From: Tricharina praecox
Lineage: Eukaryota
Length of the DNA stretch: 64,000 nt
Assembly: GCF_024521635.1 (NCBI RefSeq)
Contig: NW_026250407.1
Span: forward strand, 1,178,001-1,242,000
Reading direction: 5' to 3'
Shown: positions 1 through 13,241 of the stretch, piece after piece
Numbering within the stretch: position 1 is the first letter of the stretch
How the letters are laid out: every line of letters starts with the position of its first letter
Notes under the pieces: generated by a model
The model's database searches: none
What the model saw: the letters and a program-made list of their open reading frames with translations, nothing else
Told to the model about the DNA's origin: nothing
Made by a program: the position numbers and the translations under genes

Positions 1-438
1 GTGGTTTGGAAGGGGGTACATAACTAGAGTACATGGCTGGGGAAGTTGCGGATGTGTAAAGTGGTGGAGCCAGGAGCACGCGCGCAAGCATGCGGTACAG
101 ACGGAGTTTCGGGATGTAGGGATATAGAGAGACGGAGCGTTGGAGCGTTGGAGCAGGCAGGTGCGGCGGTCGTGGTGGCCGTGGTGGTGGCCGTGGTTGC
201 ATGGTGGAGCACCCTACCCAGCATGTAGACACGGGGTTTATCCGAACGTGCATGGTGGGTGGGCACGCAAGCAACAGGCAAGCAACAGGCAGAAGAACGG
301 GTGTACCTGCATGCGCGGAAAGCATCGGTACAGACATCAAGTAATGTACATAGACTGATGGGCTCGCGAACTACAATCTCGTCCCCGCGAACTCTCCTCC
401 ATCCCCCATCTTTCATCCTCGGCTCTCCTACGAAAAAA

Positions 439-718
439 TAAAAGAAAAGAAAAAGAAAAGAAAAGAAAAGAAAAAGAAAAGAAAAGAAAAGAAAAGAAAA
501 AGAAAAGAAAAGAAAAGAAAAAGAAAAGAAAAGAAAGAAAAGAAAAAGAAAAGAAAAGAAAAAGAAAAGGAAAAGAAAAGAAAAAGAAAAGAAAAAGAAA
601 AGAAAAAGAAAAGAAAAAGAAAAGAAAAAGAAAAGAAAAAGAAAAGAAAAAGAAAAGAAAAAGAAAAGAAAAAGAAAAGAAAAAGAAAAGAAAAAGAAAA
701 GAAAAAGAAAAGAAAAAA
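439..718. repeat. (GAAAA/GAAAAA)n polypurine microsatellite
   Basis: About 280 bp made almost entirely of GAAAA/GAAAAA units. Confidence 0.97.
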
Positions 719-1799
719 GCAACAACCGTCCTACATATCGGCATCATCATACGTACTCCGATCCGCACCTACCTACTCGACTCTGCTCTGCTCTACTCCA
801 CGCACGCACGCACCTTCCCGCGATGCAAATCCCCGCTTGATGCTGCACGATGCGCCGGCGTATCGGCAGGTGGAGGTCGATTGGATATTTCTCCATCTGG
901 TCTGGTGTCGCCATGTTTAGCCTCTGTGTATGTGTGTAGGTTCGCGCGAGTCGCTATGTTCCGAGGCTTCTACATATAGACGGTATGATACCACTACGAT
1001 AGTCTGCTGTAGTTACAGTACTGTAGTTACAAGTAGTCTCACGGCTCCGTGAAGTAAAAGCGCATACTTGTCCATCACGACACACTTCTTACCTGGGTAG
1101 ATATTGCGGGACCGACGGGCCATCGCATCTACATGCCCCCATACCCGAGGAACCCGGATATGATGAACCTGGCGCCCTTCTGGCAGAAGGCATCGTCAAG
1201 GCACTGGCGTCGGGTTGGGTTGGGTTGGAACGGGACCGGGAAAACACAGCATGCATAGGTAGTCAGTCGGCCAGTCCCTACACACCAGCTGAGTACAGCC
1301 AGTTACTACGGTATCGCAAGTATTTGCCCATGTACTTATACATACTCACCTGTGGTGTCTACATGGTGTAGGTATACATAGTAGTTACAGGGAGTCCTTC
1401 CGACCCTGCAGCCTGCAGTTGAAGTTTTCCCAGTGTTGCGCCATCTCGTACTATGTATCTCCATGCCAGTACATAACCAAACCAACACGCCTGAAGAAAA
1501 ACTGTCGCGTCCCCTGCAGAGTACTCTACATATCGTGCTCTAGTTGTTTGTACTAGTTACCTAGTGGTATGTAGTACTGTTGCTGGATGGATAGGTACTC
1601 TGCACAACTGCTATTCCTGTTCCACTCCAATATGTCGTATGTACACATTTGGCTGGGTGGAGCCGTACTCTACTCTATTTCCCTGCCTGTACCTGTGCCT
1701 GTTCTTGTGTACCCGACAGCGAGCGTCCCAGAGAGGGACGAGGGACGAGGGGAGGCTAGAGAGGAAGGCAGGAAGGGAGGCTAAGGAGGTAGGAAGAGA

Positions 1800-1881
1800 G
1801 GAAGGAAGGAAGGAAGGAAGGAAGGAAGGAAGGAAGGAAGGAAGGAAGGAAGGAAGGAAGGAAGGAAGGAAGGAAGGAAGG
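1800..1881. repeat. (GGAA)n tetranucleotide microsatellite upstream of the deacetylase
   Basis: Perfect GGAA run just upstream of a TATA-like CATAAAA at about 1925. Confidence 0.97.
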
Positions 1882-2088
1882 TCGAAAGGACGAAACAGAG
1901 AAAGGCAGCAAGTCGCGGACGATACATAAAAGCCGCCAACGTCGCCGCTCCGTTCCCCTTGATCGAGTCCAGTACGTCCACACGCGTGTTGACACCCACT
2001 CGTTCGTTATCACCAACTGGATACTTGATCCACACATTCGTTTCCCCCTCCCACTCCCCCTCCCCCTCCTCCTCCTCCTCTTTACATA

Positions 2089-3895
2089 ATGTTTTTCCGG
2101 ACAGCACTGCTATGTGTGGCGACTGTGCAGCTGGCGTTGGCACATCCGCACGCCGGTGTGCCAAAGCTCATGGGCCGCCGTGGCGCCCTCGATATCCGCG
2201 GCCTGGCGGATCGCAGCTCCCTCGTTAAGCGTGTCGAGAGCCCCGATGGCACTTGTGGCGCTTCGAGTACGGGATTGTACACCTGCGGAACGGACGTCAA
2301 TAAGTGTTGTTCGCAATACGGTGAGTGCAACTGAGAGGAGAGGAGAACGTCGACGTCTGGTGTGTTTGGTGGCGAGGGTGAATGCTGATTGACGGATTGA
2401 TGGCAGGCTGGTGCGGTGATACCTCCCTCCACTGCGCCGATGAGTGTCAGGCGGACTACGGAATTTGCACCGACGGTGCCGAACCCGGGGGACGGTGTGG
2501 AGCCCAGGGGAACGGAACGGTGTGTGCTGCTGCTACCGATTGCTGCTCGAGCGACGGCTGGTGTGGAACCACGAGCGATCATTGCATGGCTCCGTATTGT
2601 CAGGAGGGCTTCGGCATGTGCGATTCGGAGTGAGTGGCATCGTTGCGTGCATTGCGGTTTCGGTTGGATGCTGACGGATATACAGCTACGTCCCCGCAGG
2701 TGGAAATACGACCGATATCCCACGGACGAAGGTCGGAGATGTTCCCTACGGTAGTGTTTCCTCCCCCAGCTCTCCATCCCGCACCACTCGCTGACCTCCA
2801 TCCCTCCTTAGGCGCCGATATCTACGATTGCGTGAACGCCGGCGACATCGCCTTGACCTACGACGACGGCCCCGACATCTACACGGACGCCATGCTCGAC
2901 ATCCTCGCAAACTACAGCGCCAAAGCCACCTTCTTCATCACGGGCATCAACAATGCCAAGGGCCCGATCGACACCACTCCCGCCTGGAACGCCGTGATCA
3001 AAAAGATGGAGGCGGCCGGGCACCAGCTGGCCTCGCACACCTGGTCGCATGCCGACCTCTCGACCCTGACCGAAGAGAAGCGACGGACGGAGATGTACAA
3101 GCTCGAGGCGGCGATGCGCAACATCGTCGGCTTCATTCCCACGTACATGCGGCCGCCGTACTCGAGCTGCACCGCGGCATGCATGGCCACCATGAAAGAG
3201 CTTGGATACCACATCACTTACTTCGACCTCGACACCGACGACTACAACAATGTCACCCCGGACCTGATCCAGAACGCAAAGAACAACTTTGCCAACGCCG
3301 TCAATCCGAGTAATCCGGCGACCGATGCGTGGTTGTCGATCGCCCACGATATCCACGAGCAGACGGCGATGAACCTGACGCAGTACATGCTCGAGACTCT
3401 CACCGCTAGGGGGTACAAGGCCGTCACGGTTGGAGAGTGTATGGGTGACCCCAAGGAGAACTGGTACAGGTATCCTACCGATGTAAGCTTCCCGTCCCTG
3501 TCCATCGTAACGAACCCAGCTGACAAGCATAGACTCCTGTGTCCTCCTCCTCGACCGTCGCCTCCTCTCCCACCACCTCCTCCCCGCCCACATCTACCGA
3601 TCCCACCGTCCCCGAATCCGTCACCTCATCCCCAGCGAGCGCCTGCCCAACCACAGTCGCAAACTGGTGTCCCCTCGCGCTGCCCTCGTACACCACGATA
3701 GCAGGATGCTGGACGGCAACAGGCCAATGCTGGGACGCGGGCGACCTCTGCTGGAGCACCGTGCCCGCCGAGGACCAGTCGGGCTGCGAGAAGTATCAGG
3801 AGATTTGCGCGCTGGTCGAGGACCACTGTCAGTCGTGCATCACGGCGGTGGGCAGTGGCGAGGGCGCTTGTGCTGAGTTGGCGGTTGTTTATTAG
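2089..3895 (+). CDS. Secreted chitin/polysaccharide deacetylase (CE4/NodB) with two N-terminal hevein (CBM18) modules and a C-terminal Cys-rich module; exons 2089-2320, 2407-2629, 2686-2750, 2812-3482, 3533-3895
   Basis: Signal peptide MFFRTALLCVATVQLALA; two CCSxxGWCG hevein motifs; CE4 motifs TYDDGP, HTWSH, MRPPY, IAHD; four GT-AG introns with branch points splice in frame. Confidence 0.92.
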
Positions 3896-6644
3896 CCTGG
3901 TGATTGATGATTTATAATGGCGAGGTAATGGGATATGAAGAGATGCTGGGATGCGGGGGTGATGGGATATGGGGGGATGATGGGATATGCGGGGGAGGAT
4001 GGGATATGGGAAAAGGCTGGGATTTGGCGGGATACGCCTTAATGTTTGTTGCGGACCACGATCCGATGCATGTTGGTAATTATTGGAATGAAAATGTATA
4101 ATGGATCTCACTTCATCACTCGCACATGTCCTTCAAAATCGGTGATCTCACAGTCCAGCCTTTTCTTGGGTGAGGAGCCGACTGATCTTTCCTAGCTTTA
4201 TTTGTTTGGTTCGCTCATATGTATATCGTCGGGACAGGCCACGGCGGGGGTAGGGAAAGCCACATAGGGTCGCTCGATGAAAGTCGGGTTGGACAGTGGC
4301 GTGGAAACGGGGGGTGAAAGGGGTGATATTGCCATGATCAAAAGCGCCAAAGTCCAGCCATTTTCCTCCGACGAGGGGTAACTTCTACCCCGCAGGCGGC
4401 TGGTAGTCGCGGATCGCCAGCGTCGATCCTCTGTTGGACATCATCGTCGGTGGCGGCGGTGGTAACTAGTGGCGGTGGTGGTAGTGATGGTGGTGGCTAT
4501 GCAGACCAGTAGCTAGTGGCGAGTACAGCACTCCACTCCAATCCACTTGCGAACCCCACCTCGACCGGTAGAACATACCCCGCCAGCTAGCACGAATCCT
4601 GGTGGTGTGTGGGGTGTGTGTGTGCGAGTGATGGCGCGTGAGGAGCCGCGCGGGGAATGCGGTCCTAAATACATACTACCAGCATAGCGGCGGCCGATGA
4701 AGTCGATTATGTTTCTCTCGAGGCGCACGAGCGAGCGCGCAGGTGCCGCGTATTCAGGCACTACAGGTACTCGGGTACTACATACCGGTATGGGATTATC
4801 CCCCACCGACGTCCGCGTGACTACATTGACTGCATTGACTGCATTGAATGCATTTACCATGGCCATGCGGACTCGGGAGGGAGCGGCCGATGGCCGAGTC
4901 ACTGTCGCCGGTCGCCCTCGCCCTCGCCCGAGTATCATGCAGTTTGGTGGTCCGACGCCCGAAATGTCCCCGCTCGCCGATGACCACTACTTGAGTACCT
5001 ATCACCTGCACCGCTGCTGAACTGCTGCTGTTGCGGCTGATGGTGGTGGTGGGCGTGCGGGGAAACCGATAGCTTGCCATAAAAGTAGAGTACCTACAGT
5101 ATGTACTAACCCTGTGCAGATCCTAGCGAATGTGTGAGGAAGTCGTCATATAACGCCACTTTCCTTTTTCCTTTTCTTTTTTTTTGTGTGTGTGCGTGTG
5201 TGTGCGTGTGCGTGTGTGCGTGTGTGTGTCTGGGGAAACGCAAACGCAAATGGAGTTCGTGAGTCCGTCGAAGCTTGAAGGGGAATCTTCTGGCCACTCT
5301 GCGCGAGTGCTCGAGTGATGGGTCCTGATGTGCCGTGTGCCGCGTGCATACGTCGAGCGTCATAACTATCGCGGCTACGGTCTATGTATGTAGAGATTAA
5401 GCGCGGCCAGCCGCGAGGGTCCGCGTGGGGAAGGGTCGGGTCTTATTGGCAACCGAAGCGGGATGGGGGTTGGGTTAACGGTTTCCAATAGATACGAGGC
5501 GAATATTACACTTTACTCTATGTAAGTAACTTAGCACGGCGCTCGCCGCCGCTTCTACTGCTTGTGCTGCTGCTTGTGCTGCTGCTATTATTGCCTATTT
5601 CTACGGCATGCAAGATTTCGTGCAAATAGAGTAGGAGGGTAGGAGGGTAGGAGGGTAGGTGGGAGGGTAAGTTGTAGGTGGGAGGGTAAGATGTAGGTGC
5701 TTGAGTATCTAGCGAGTGGAGTCGGAATCCGGAGCGGAAGGAGGGTGCGATCGAAGTGAAGGGAGGGGGATGGGGACTTGGAAGGGTGCGAAGGGTGCGA
5801 AGGGTGGGAGTCGCAAAGTCGAACCGATCTGATCTGAGATGGTTTGGGTTGGTGAGTGTGATCACACGCTCCGCCTCTGTCCCTCCCTCGTCTCATCTGC
5901 TCGGTCTGACCCGCTGTCGGAACAGGGAAGTGCGAAGGCGAGAGAGAGAGAGAGAGAGAGGGGGGGGAGGGAGAGAGAAAGGACACTCATGCCCGTATTC
6001 ATCACCTACCGTAGAACTAACTCTCCCCATACATCCTGCGGAAAACCTACTCTATCTAGCCTCACTGCTGCGCATACCATCGTGATACGCCTTCCGGGCC
6101 GTCTATGAGGTATGTACTCTAACTCCACATGTCATACTATCTGCGCTCCAGCCGCTCCCACCACTCCAACCTCTCTCAACTCACGTCGTCGCGACAAGCA
6201 TCATCTATCATCTGTAGATACTGACTGGAAGCTTTAGGATAGCTCTCTTGTAGCTTTTGAGCTGCTGAGCTGCCCGGCCACTCTCACCGCCTAAACCCTG
6301 CATTCCCTCCCTCCCCCCAAATCCACACTAGCCATCATCGTCCTCCTCCTCCCTCCACACACCACCCGCGGCCACCCACCCTCCGCCCACCCCCCCTCCC
6401 ACCGCCCATTCTCTCTCACCAACCAACTAACCAACCCACTACCCTCTTCTCTTCACACAGCTTTCTCTCTCTCCTCCTCCCCCCCGAGAGAGAACAGTAG
6501 ATTGTCCGAGTGTCACACCCCCGACCGAACTCTCATCTTCCCCCCTCACTCTTTCACTCTCCCCCTCCCCCATTCTCGCCGGGGCCGCGTCTGTGGCCAC
6601 GCCATCCCCTTCCTCGGCTCTCTGTTGGGTTGTTTCAAAAACTG

Positions 6645-9206
6645 ATGCCAGATACGCCGGAATCGCGTCGTGACGTCTCTACTGCATCCCCCACCATCGC
6701 CTCCCGGCAAAACCCCTCATCGACCCCAACAATTGCCGCTACTACTGCCCATACTACTCCCACTACCACCTTCGCTTCGGCCACTGCCACTGCCATTCCC
6801 GCTGCAGTTGCTTCTCGTTGTCCGAGACAACCACTGCCACAACACAAACATAAACAACAACAACATCCACAACAACACCAACAGCCACAACGTCAACAAC
6901 CACAACAACACCACCACGACCATTCGGGCGCGTCGTCACCGCTGCAGATGGCTCCTCCCGCCCATTCTCCCGCACAGGCGCAATTTCATCGCTTTCGCTT
7001 GAACGAGTTCCAACGCGCCGGCACTCCGCCGTCGGGCAGTCCCGCCGGGCAGTGCTCTCGCTTTCGCGTCTCCGATTTTATCCCTTATCCCTCGGCTTCG
7101 GCCCCGGGCGGCAGCGCGGACGGGCAACAGCAACCTCAGCAACAACATCAGCTTACGCAACAACACCACCAACAACAGCAACAGCATCACCAGCAACAGC
7201 AGCAGTCACACATTAACGGTGTTGCACAATCACCACAGCAACAACAGCAACAGGGCACGGGAACAAATATATCCGCGTCGCCGCGGATACAACCGAGACA
7301 ACAGCAGCAGCCTCCCGGTGCCGGCGGCGGCAGCGGTGGGAGTTATTCGGTGTTGCATATGGACATCGACGCAGCACCACCGGCACAGCAGACCAGCACT
7401 ATGGTCGCAAGTCTCAGTGGGAGAGGGATACTACAGAAGGTTCCGGTGAGGCCACCATCCGCAGCAAATGTATGCAATTTACTCCCTATTTCATAATCAT
7501 TCCGATCTCACCACCATTCACACCCCACCCACAACGGCACGAAGAAGATGGGGGGAAAAAAAGAGAAGAAAAAAAACTTGGACCGGAACTGATCTGATTG
7601 GTGGTGGTGTTTACAGCTCCAATCGCCTATGAACGGTCAACAGCCACGTCCGATCGTCCCCGCACCGACGCCCATGTCGGCTGTACCGCCTCCGGTCGTC
7701 AAATTCGACCCATCACAGTACCCCGAAGATGTTCGGTGGGAGCTCGCGCGCGTCGTCGCTAACATTCAAACGAACCCTGCTGGTTTCGCCGGCCTAGTGG
7801 TGAACGCACTTCTAACCGCTCCCTCGTTTCAAGACAACAGCCTCCTACGGCATATCGGTGCTCTTTACCCCCAGCTGCCTCCGCCGGCGACGACACAACC
7901 AGAAGTCGATCCGGAGAAGCCGGTAAAGCGAAAGCGTGGAAGGCCGCCCACCAAGAATAAACCGCCGCCAACGCCCACGCCGACGCCAACTGCTACCGCC
8001 GCCGCACAACCAGGGGGCTCGCAGAACTCTATGTCCGCTCCATTGATTACGGTGATACCCTCTCGCAAGGACAAGGATACGATGCAGACGTGCACTCGGT
8101 GCCTTAAGGCCTTCAACCCCGCCTGGCGACCCACACCTGCGTCCGATCCGTCATCCGAAGCGACATGTGCCGTGCGACATCCCTACCCCGACTTTGCTTC
8201 GGGGCTTGTGGTCAGCCTGCCGGCGCGCAAGCGAAACAACTACAAGACCACCTGGCGATGGCGATGCTGTGGCCGTGAGATCCAGAGCGCTAGTGACGAG
8301 CTGCTCATGTGGCCCAGAAAGGAAGACGACAAAACGGGCGGTTGGTGCTTCGTGGGAAAGCATACGACCGAGGTTGGGGTTCGGGAAAAGTTTGGGCTCA
8401 AGCCTGGCAAGGGAAAGACGATCGATGAGGTGGCCGACATTTCGGACACCGCCGAGGTCATGCGGAAGAAGGCGAAGCTCGAAGATGGTAATGGCGCCAC
8501 TGTTGCTGCTGCCGCCGTAAATGGGAACGCTATGGCTGCACCTGCGACCTCGAGTCCCACGATGACTAGGACACGTACTATCGAGCAAACGCAGCTCCAA
8601 CAGCATGTCCAGCAATGGCCGCAGGGTGCGTTTGCGCACAACCCACAACCCCCTCAACAAGTGCCAGCGCCACCGCCGGAACCGTCCCCGGTGCAGTCCG
8701 AGCCGACACCACCCGAGGAACCGGTCAAGCGTAAGCGTGGCCGACCCAAGGGCTCGAAATCGAAGAACAAGCTCGCTGGACTGGGTCTCACGCCGACTGC
8801 TGGAACGTCGTCGAGCGCTACGGCACAGACGTCGCCAGGTTCTCAGCTTCTCGCGGAAGCCTCGCAGAAGCAACATACCAGCGATATGCACGGTGGCGCG
8901 GCGGGTAACAACCACCTCTGGTCACTCTACGGCGACCATAACATGCCCGACCTTGCCGACGGCGATGCTGAGCACGAGGAGGACGATGTCCAGCACGTGG
9001 ATGCGATGGGAATGAGCCAGGCGGAGCTGGGGATGCTGGTCCACGCGACAGCAGCAATGGGCGGTCAAAGCACGAACATGACGCCGCAGACATCGACCGA
9101 GTCGGCGACCCCCGTAAAGAGGGGAAGAGGACGGCCGAAGGGAGTCAAGAATGGTGCTGGAAAGGCTGCGCTCGAGAAGAGGCGTCTAGAAGAGGAGGCG
9201 GCTCGG

Positions 9207-9250
<44 letters not shown>

Positions 9251-9518
9251 ACAACAGCAACAGCAGCAACAACAGCAACAACAGCAGCAACAGCAGCAAC
9301 AACAACACCAGCAGCAGCAACACCAACGCCAGCAGCAGCAACACCAACAACACCAGCAGCAGCAACACCACCAGCAGCAGCAACACCATCAGCACCAACA
9401 GCAACAGCAGCACCGCCAGGAGGATAACGATCTTCAGTCAGATCCTGTGGTTGTTCCTGCCGGCGCCGGAGGAGGGTGGTTTCCGGGCGACGATCCACCG
9501 TGGACTGGGATTTTGTAA
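6645..9518 (+). CDS. AT-hook, Cys/His-domain, polyglutamine putative chromatin/transcription regulator; exons 6645-7469 and 7617-9518
   Basis: Intron GTATGC(7470)...TTACAG(7616) joins the two ORFs in frame; three KRxRGRP AT-hooks; CxxC...C..HP...WxCC...C..GKH motif; Q-rich tracts. Start codon uncertain. Confidence 0.8.
9207..9420 (+). repeat. CAG/CAA/CAC trinucleotide repeat encoding a polyQ/H tract
   Basis: More than 30 consecutive Gln codons followed by Q/H repeats. Confidence 0.95.
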
Positions 9519-10837
9519 GGCACGAGGATGGGGTGGCGTGAAGGAGGCTAGGATATTCGGATTCGATCGAGGAGTGCTACATCGTGTTGCCAGTTGTGTG
9601 GAGTATCTGCTCATTCTTTTCCCCTTCGATTTCGTGTTTTTTTTTTGCATCACTAGTTTTTCTTTCGTCTGTCTACTCTATGGGGGCTATCAACCGGCGT
9701 TACTGTGTGTTCTTGGTTTCGGTTTCTATCTCTTTGCTCTCGGGTCCGCTCTATCACCGTTTGTGGATTATGTTTTTCGTTTTCGCGCTGCACTGTTTGT
9801 TTTGTCGCGGGCTATGGCTATGGCTGTATATTCTGCAACCCGTTGTGTCGATATTGATATTATCTTGTCATGTTTTGCAAAAGCGGGGTTTCCATATCAT
9901 ATTGTGTGTTTCGCTAAGCCTATGGTCAGGCAGGTTAGGGGAATGGATATTGTTATTCAGGAGGTCATACAACGAGAATTCGGGAGAGCTTTTATTCGAT
10001 GATGCTATGGCTGCATGAGATGGTGCAGGCTGTGTGACTTGAGACGGAATATCCCGTCCACGAGGGTGTCACGTGATGCGGCTAATAGTGAAGGCGCTAG
10101 TCAAGAGGTACAAGGTTTTCTTCTTGAAGACTTCTTCTCCCTCTTCTTTCCTCTCCTCACACCCACCACCGTCCACCACATCACCGACCACCACGAAAAC
10201 AACGACAACGACGACAACGACGAACGACCACCACGGCTATTATCACAGTGTATTCCATAGCAACGAATAGAACAATTATTCCCACCTCTCCCCACGTCCC
10301 GTTCCATCCGCCCATCCATCGCCTCCTCCCCGTCCCTCCCCCTCTCATCCCCCCACCTCCCCCCTTTGCCAAACCGTGATTCAATTCAACACCGCGCTAC
10401 TTAAGTTGTCCTTCCCCCGCCCGCACCTTTCGAGGCTACGGCGGGACTTTCATCCAATGGAAGGTTGATTAGTCAATGCGCGCACAGCGATGGTTTCTCC
10501 ATGCACCCTCCCCCTCTATACTTGGTGTTTCCCCGCCGTTATGGTTGTGGGATCGCTTTCTGGTGGGGGAGGGTAGGGGAACGGCGGTCGTCCTCCTGTA
10601 TTTGGTCTACTCCGGGAGGTTCTTACCTTCTGACCCTGGAATGTGCGGCTGGCGCGGATTGGCAAGGCAAGGCTCGGTTGAAAGATCGGGGCTAAGTCGC
10701 GCGGTTTTGCGTCGGTGCCACATGGGGTGTGGAGTGGATATGGGAGGGGGCCGGATATACCTGTGTTTTATGTAGTTGTATGTAGTGTTGGGCTGGAGTG
10801 GCCTGAAGGAGTGAATACGAAGTTTTGGATATTCAAT

Positions 10838-12118
10838 TCAATTCACACGTCTCATCTCCATCTCCATCTCCATCTCCGCACCTCCTCCCCCTCCCTTTTC
10901 CTCGGCAGTGAGCATTCTAGCGCAAACCTCAATATACCTCTTCACCTTGTCCCCCTCCCCCTCATTGCCCCCCTCCCGCTCTCCACCATCCACCTGATCA
11001 ATCACCCTCGCCCCCATTTCACAAACCGCCACCCTCCCCAAGCTCGCCTCTCCAAAAGTCGCATGCTTAAACTCGTCCAGCACACTTGAAAAATCCACCT
11101 TCCCCTTCCCCTCCCCCTTCCCCTCCTCCTGCAGCTTCTCCACCTGCTTCTCCTGCAGCTTCTCCGCCTGCTCCTCCCGCAGCTTTCCCACCTGCTTCTC
11201 CCGCAACCTCCCCGCCAGCTTCTCCGCCCGCTTCTGCCCCCTCCCCCTCCTTGAGCCACCACTGCCGCCGGGGATGTACCGCGTATTAACCAGCGTAACA
11301 TGCAGCTTCAGCGGGCGCTCGGCGTCCTCGAACTGCACGCCGGCGTCTAAGAGGTGCTGGCGGAGTGAGGTGGCGAAGGCGTGGAGGTCGTGCTGGCTGT
11401 CTGCGGCGGGGGAGGAGAGGGTGGGGACCGTGGGGACGGGGATGGTGTAGAGTACCCCACTCCCGCTGCCGCTGGGGGACATGGTGTGTAGTCCGCGGAG
11501 GGTTACGGTCATAGGTGATGCTGGGAGTGGGAGTGGGAGGTTAGCGAGCACGGCTGTAACATCACGCAGCGTGCTGGACGTGCTGGACGTGCTGGGCGTG
11601 CTGGAGGTGCGGGAGGTGAGTGAGAGCACGCCCAGGGTTATGTGCAGCCGTTCTGGGGGGATGAGTGCCGCACTTAGGTGCGGGTAGGTGGTCAGGAGGG
11701 TTGTGTAGAGTGCTGCGAGGGCGGGGGGTACCGGTAGTGGGGGGGAGGACGCGGTGAAGGGTGGCTGCAAGGGGAGGGAGAGGAAGTGTGTTAAGGGGGG
11801 CTTTTTCGGTTTCGGTTTCGGCGAGGGGCCGGTGGTATGCTCGCCGCCGCTGGTGACATTCTCGGCAGCTTCGGGGCCTGTTCGTGGCTTGCGGTTGCGG
11901 TTGCGGGTCCTCTGCGGTTTGCGGCGAGATGGGTCGGCGGGCTCGGCTGTGGGCTCAGCTGTGGGTTCAGCTGTGGGCTCCGAGGATACCGGTGTAGGCT
12001 CAGTTGTAGGCTCAGTTGTAGGCTCAGTTGTAGATTCAGTTGCCGGATGTAGTAGAACTCCTCCTCCGCCTGCGGTGCTACTGTCACTGCCACTGCTGAA
12101 GACGATCTCGGCCGACAT
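10838..12118 (-). CDS. AKAP7/ASCC1-like 2H phosphoesterase (LigT-like) protein
   Basis: PPLTHFLSLPL N-terminal motif; two HxT motifs (RLHITLG, KLHVTLVN); C-terminal FGEASLGRVAVCEMG. Confidence 0.85.
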   Translation of the reverse strand: MSAEIVFSSGSDSSTAGGGGVLLHPATESTTEPTTEPTTEPTPVSSEPTAEPTAEPTAEPADPSRRKPQRTRNRNRKPRTGPEAAENVTSGGEHTTGPSPKPKPKKPPLTHFLSLPLQPPFTASSPPLPVPPALAALYTTLLTTYPHLSAALIPPERLHITLGVLSLTSRTSSTPSTSSTSSTLRDVTAVLANLPLPLPASPMTVTLRGLHTMSPSGSGSGVLYTIPVPTVPTLSSPAADSQHDLHAFATSLRQHLLDAGVQFEDAERPLKLHVTLVNTRYIPGGSGGSRRGRGQKRAEKLAGRLREKQVGKLREEQAEKLQEKQVEKLQEEGKGEGKGKVDFSSVLDEFKHATFGEASLGRVAVCEMGARVIDQVDGGEREGGNEGEGDKVKRYIEVCARMLTAEEKGGGGGAEMEMEMEMRRVN

Positions 12119-12375
12119 TGATGCAGTTTGAATTCCGATGGTGAGGTTGGTTATGTAGTGTAGTGAGTGGTGTGACGTTGAGACTCGAGAAACTGTAGAA
12201 ATGTAGCTCCCTGGTCAGTGATGTCGAAGCCGTTTCCACCACGACTAGCGCCGGGATCCGCACGCAACAGCTCACTATGCCGCTTATGTGCAAGGTATGC
12301 ACACACTGACGACTTTATCCCGACCCCACGCAACCAAACATTTTCCCCACCATCAACCACAGCACACTCCACACA

Positions 12376-13113
12376 ATGTCCAGGCTCCCCCGCCTCCTCC
12401 CACGGCTCCCCCGCCTCCTCCCACGGCTCCCCATGCGCCTCCCGGGTCTCCCGCAGCGCCGAAGCTACGCCAGCAACCGCCTCGCGAAGCCGACGAAGTT
12501 CACGCCGCCGTCGCACCCCTCGCGGCGCCCTCTCAAAGACCCTGTGCACTACCCGGGGCCCCCCTTACCCACCTCCGCCACCCCCAAGTTCTACCCCGAG
12601 ACCCTGCCACCACCCAACACGCTCTCGCACCGCCTGCTGACCTCACGGCGGCTGCACTTCTACCTCTCGCTCGGCATCCTGTCCCTCCTCGCCGGCAGCG
12701 TGACACTCAGCAATTTCGTGCGCACGTCGCCGCACGCGCGCGAGATCGAGTGGAGCTGGAGTGCGCCCGGCCAGGGCGTGCGGCAGCTGGTGGGGGCGTG
12801 GAGGACGAGTGTCGATGAGGAGACGAGGAGGGTTAGTGAGAAGAGGCGTAGGGCCCTGGAGGATGTAGAGAAGAGAGGCGAGTATAGGAAACATCATGGG
12901 CTTGAGGAGACGGGTGATCAGGGCGGGTTTGGAGGGTTTGGGTTGAAGAAGAAGGCCGCGACGCCGGAATTGGCTGAGTTGGAGGGGTTGGAGGGGGCAG
13001 GGGGACAGGGAAAGGAGCAGTGGGTTGAGGAAGAGCTTGCTAAGTTGGAGAGGGAGGCTGTGGGCGTGGTATTGCCGGTTAGGGAGGAGAAGAAGAAGGG
13101 TGGGTGGTGGTAG
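12376..13113 (+). CDS. Uncharacterised protein, probably mitochondrial with one transmembrane segment
   Basis: Arg/Leu-rich, acid-free presequence ending RRSY|A; one hydrophobic segment; coiled-coil region; C-terminal GWW; divergent from the 2H gene. Confidence 0.7.
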   Translation: MSRLPRLLPRLPRLLPRLPMRLPGLPQRRSYASNRLAKPTKFTPPSHPSRRPLKDPVHYPGPPLPTSATPKFYPETLPPPNTLSHRLLTSRRLHFYLSLGILSLLAGSVTLSNFVRTSPHAREIEWSWSAPGQGVRQLVGAWRTSVDEETRRVSEKRRRALEDVEKRGEYRKHHGLEETGDQGGFGGFGLKKKAATPELAELEGLEGAGGQGKEQWVEEELAKLEREAVGVVLPVREEKKKGGWW

Positions 13114-13241
13114 CGGGGGCGGGTCGAAGGGATGGTGGGGTGGGTGGAAGGGTGGGATGATTGTCACTGCCGTTGCTACTGCTGTACAATACGAGCTTCA
13201 AAGCGTTGGAGCGATACAAGTTTCGTCTATTCCACTGTCGT

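Noticed and set aside
24..768. Phe/Ser/Leu-rich ORFs
   Set aside because: Translations of the GAAAA microsatellite
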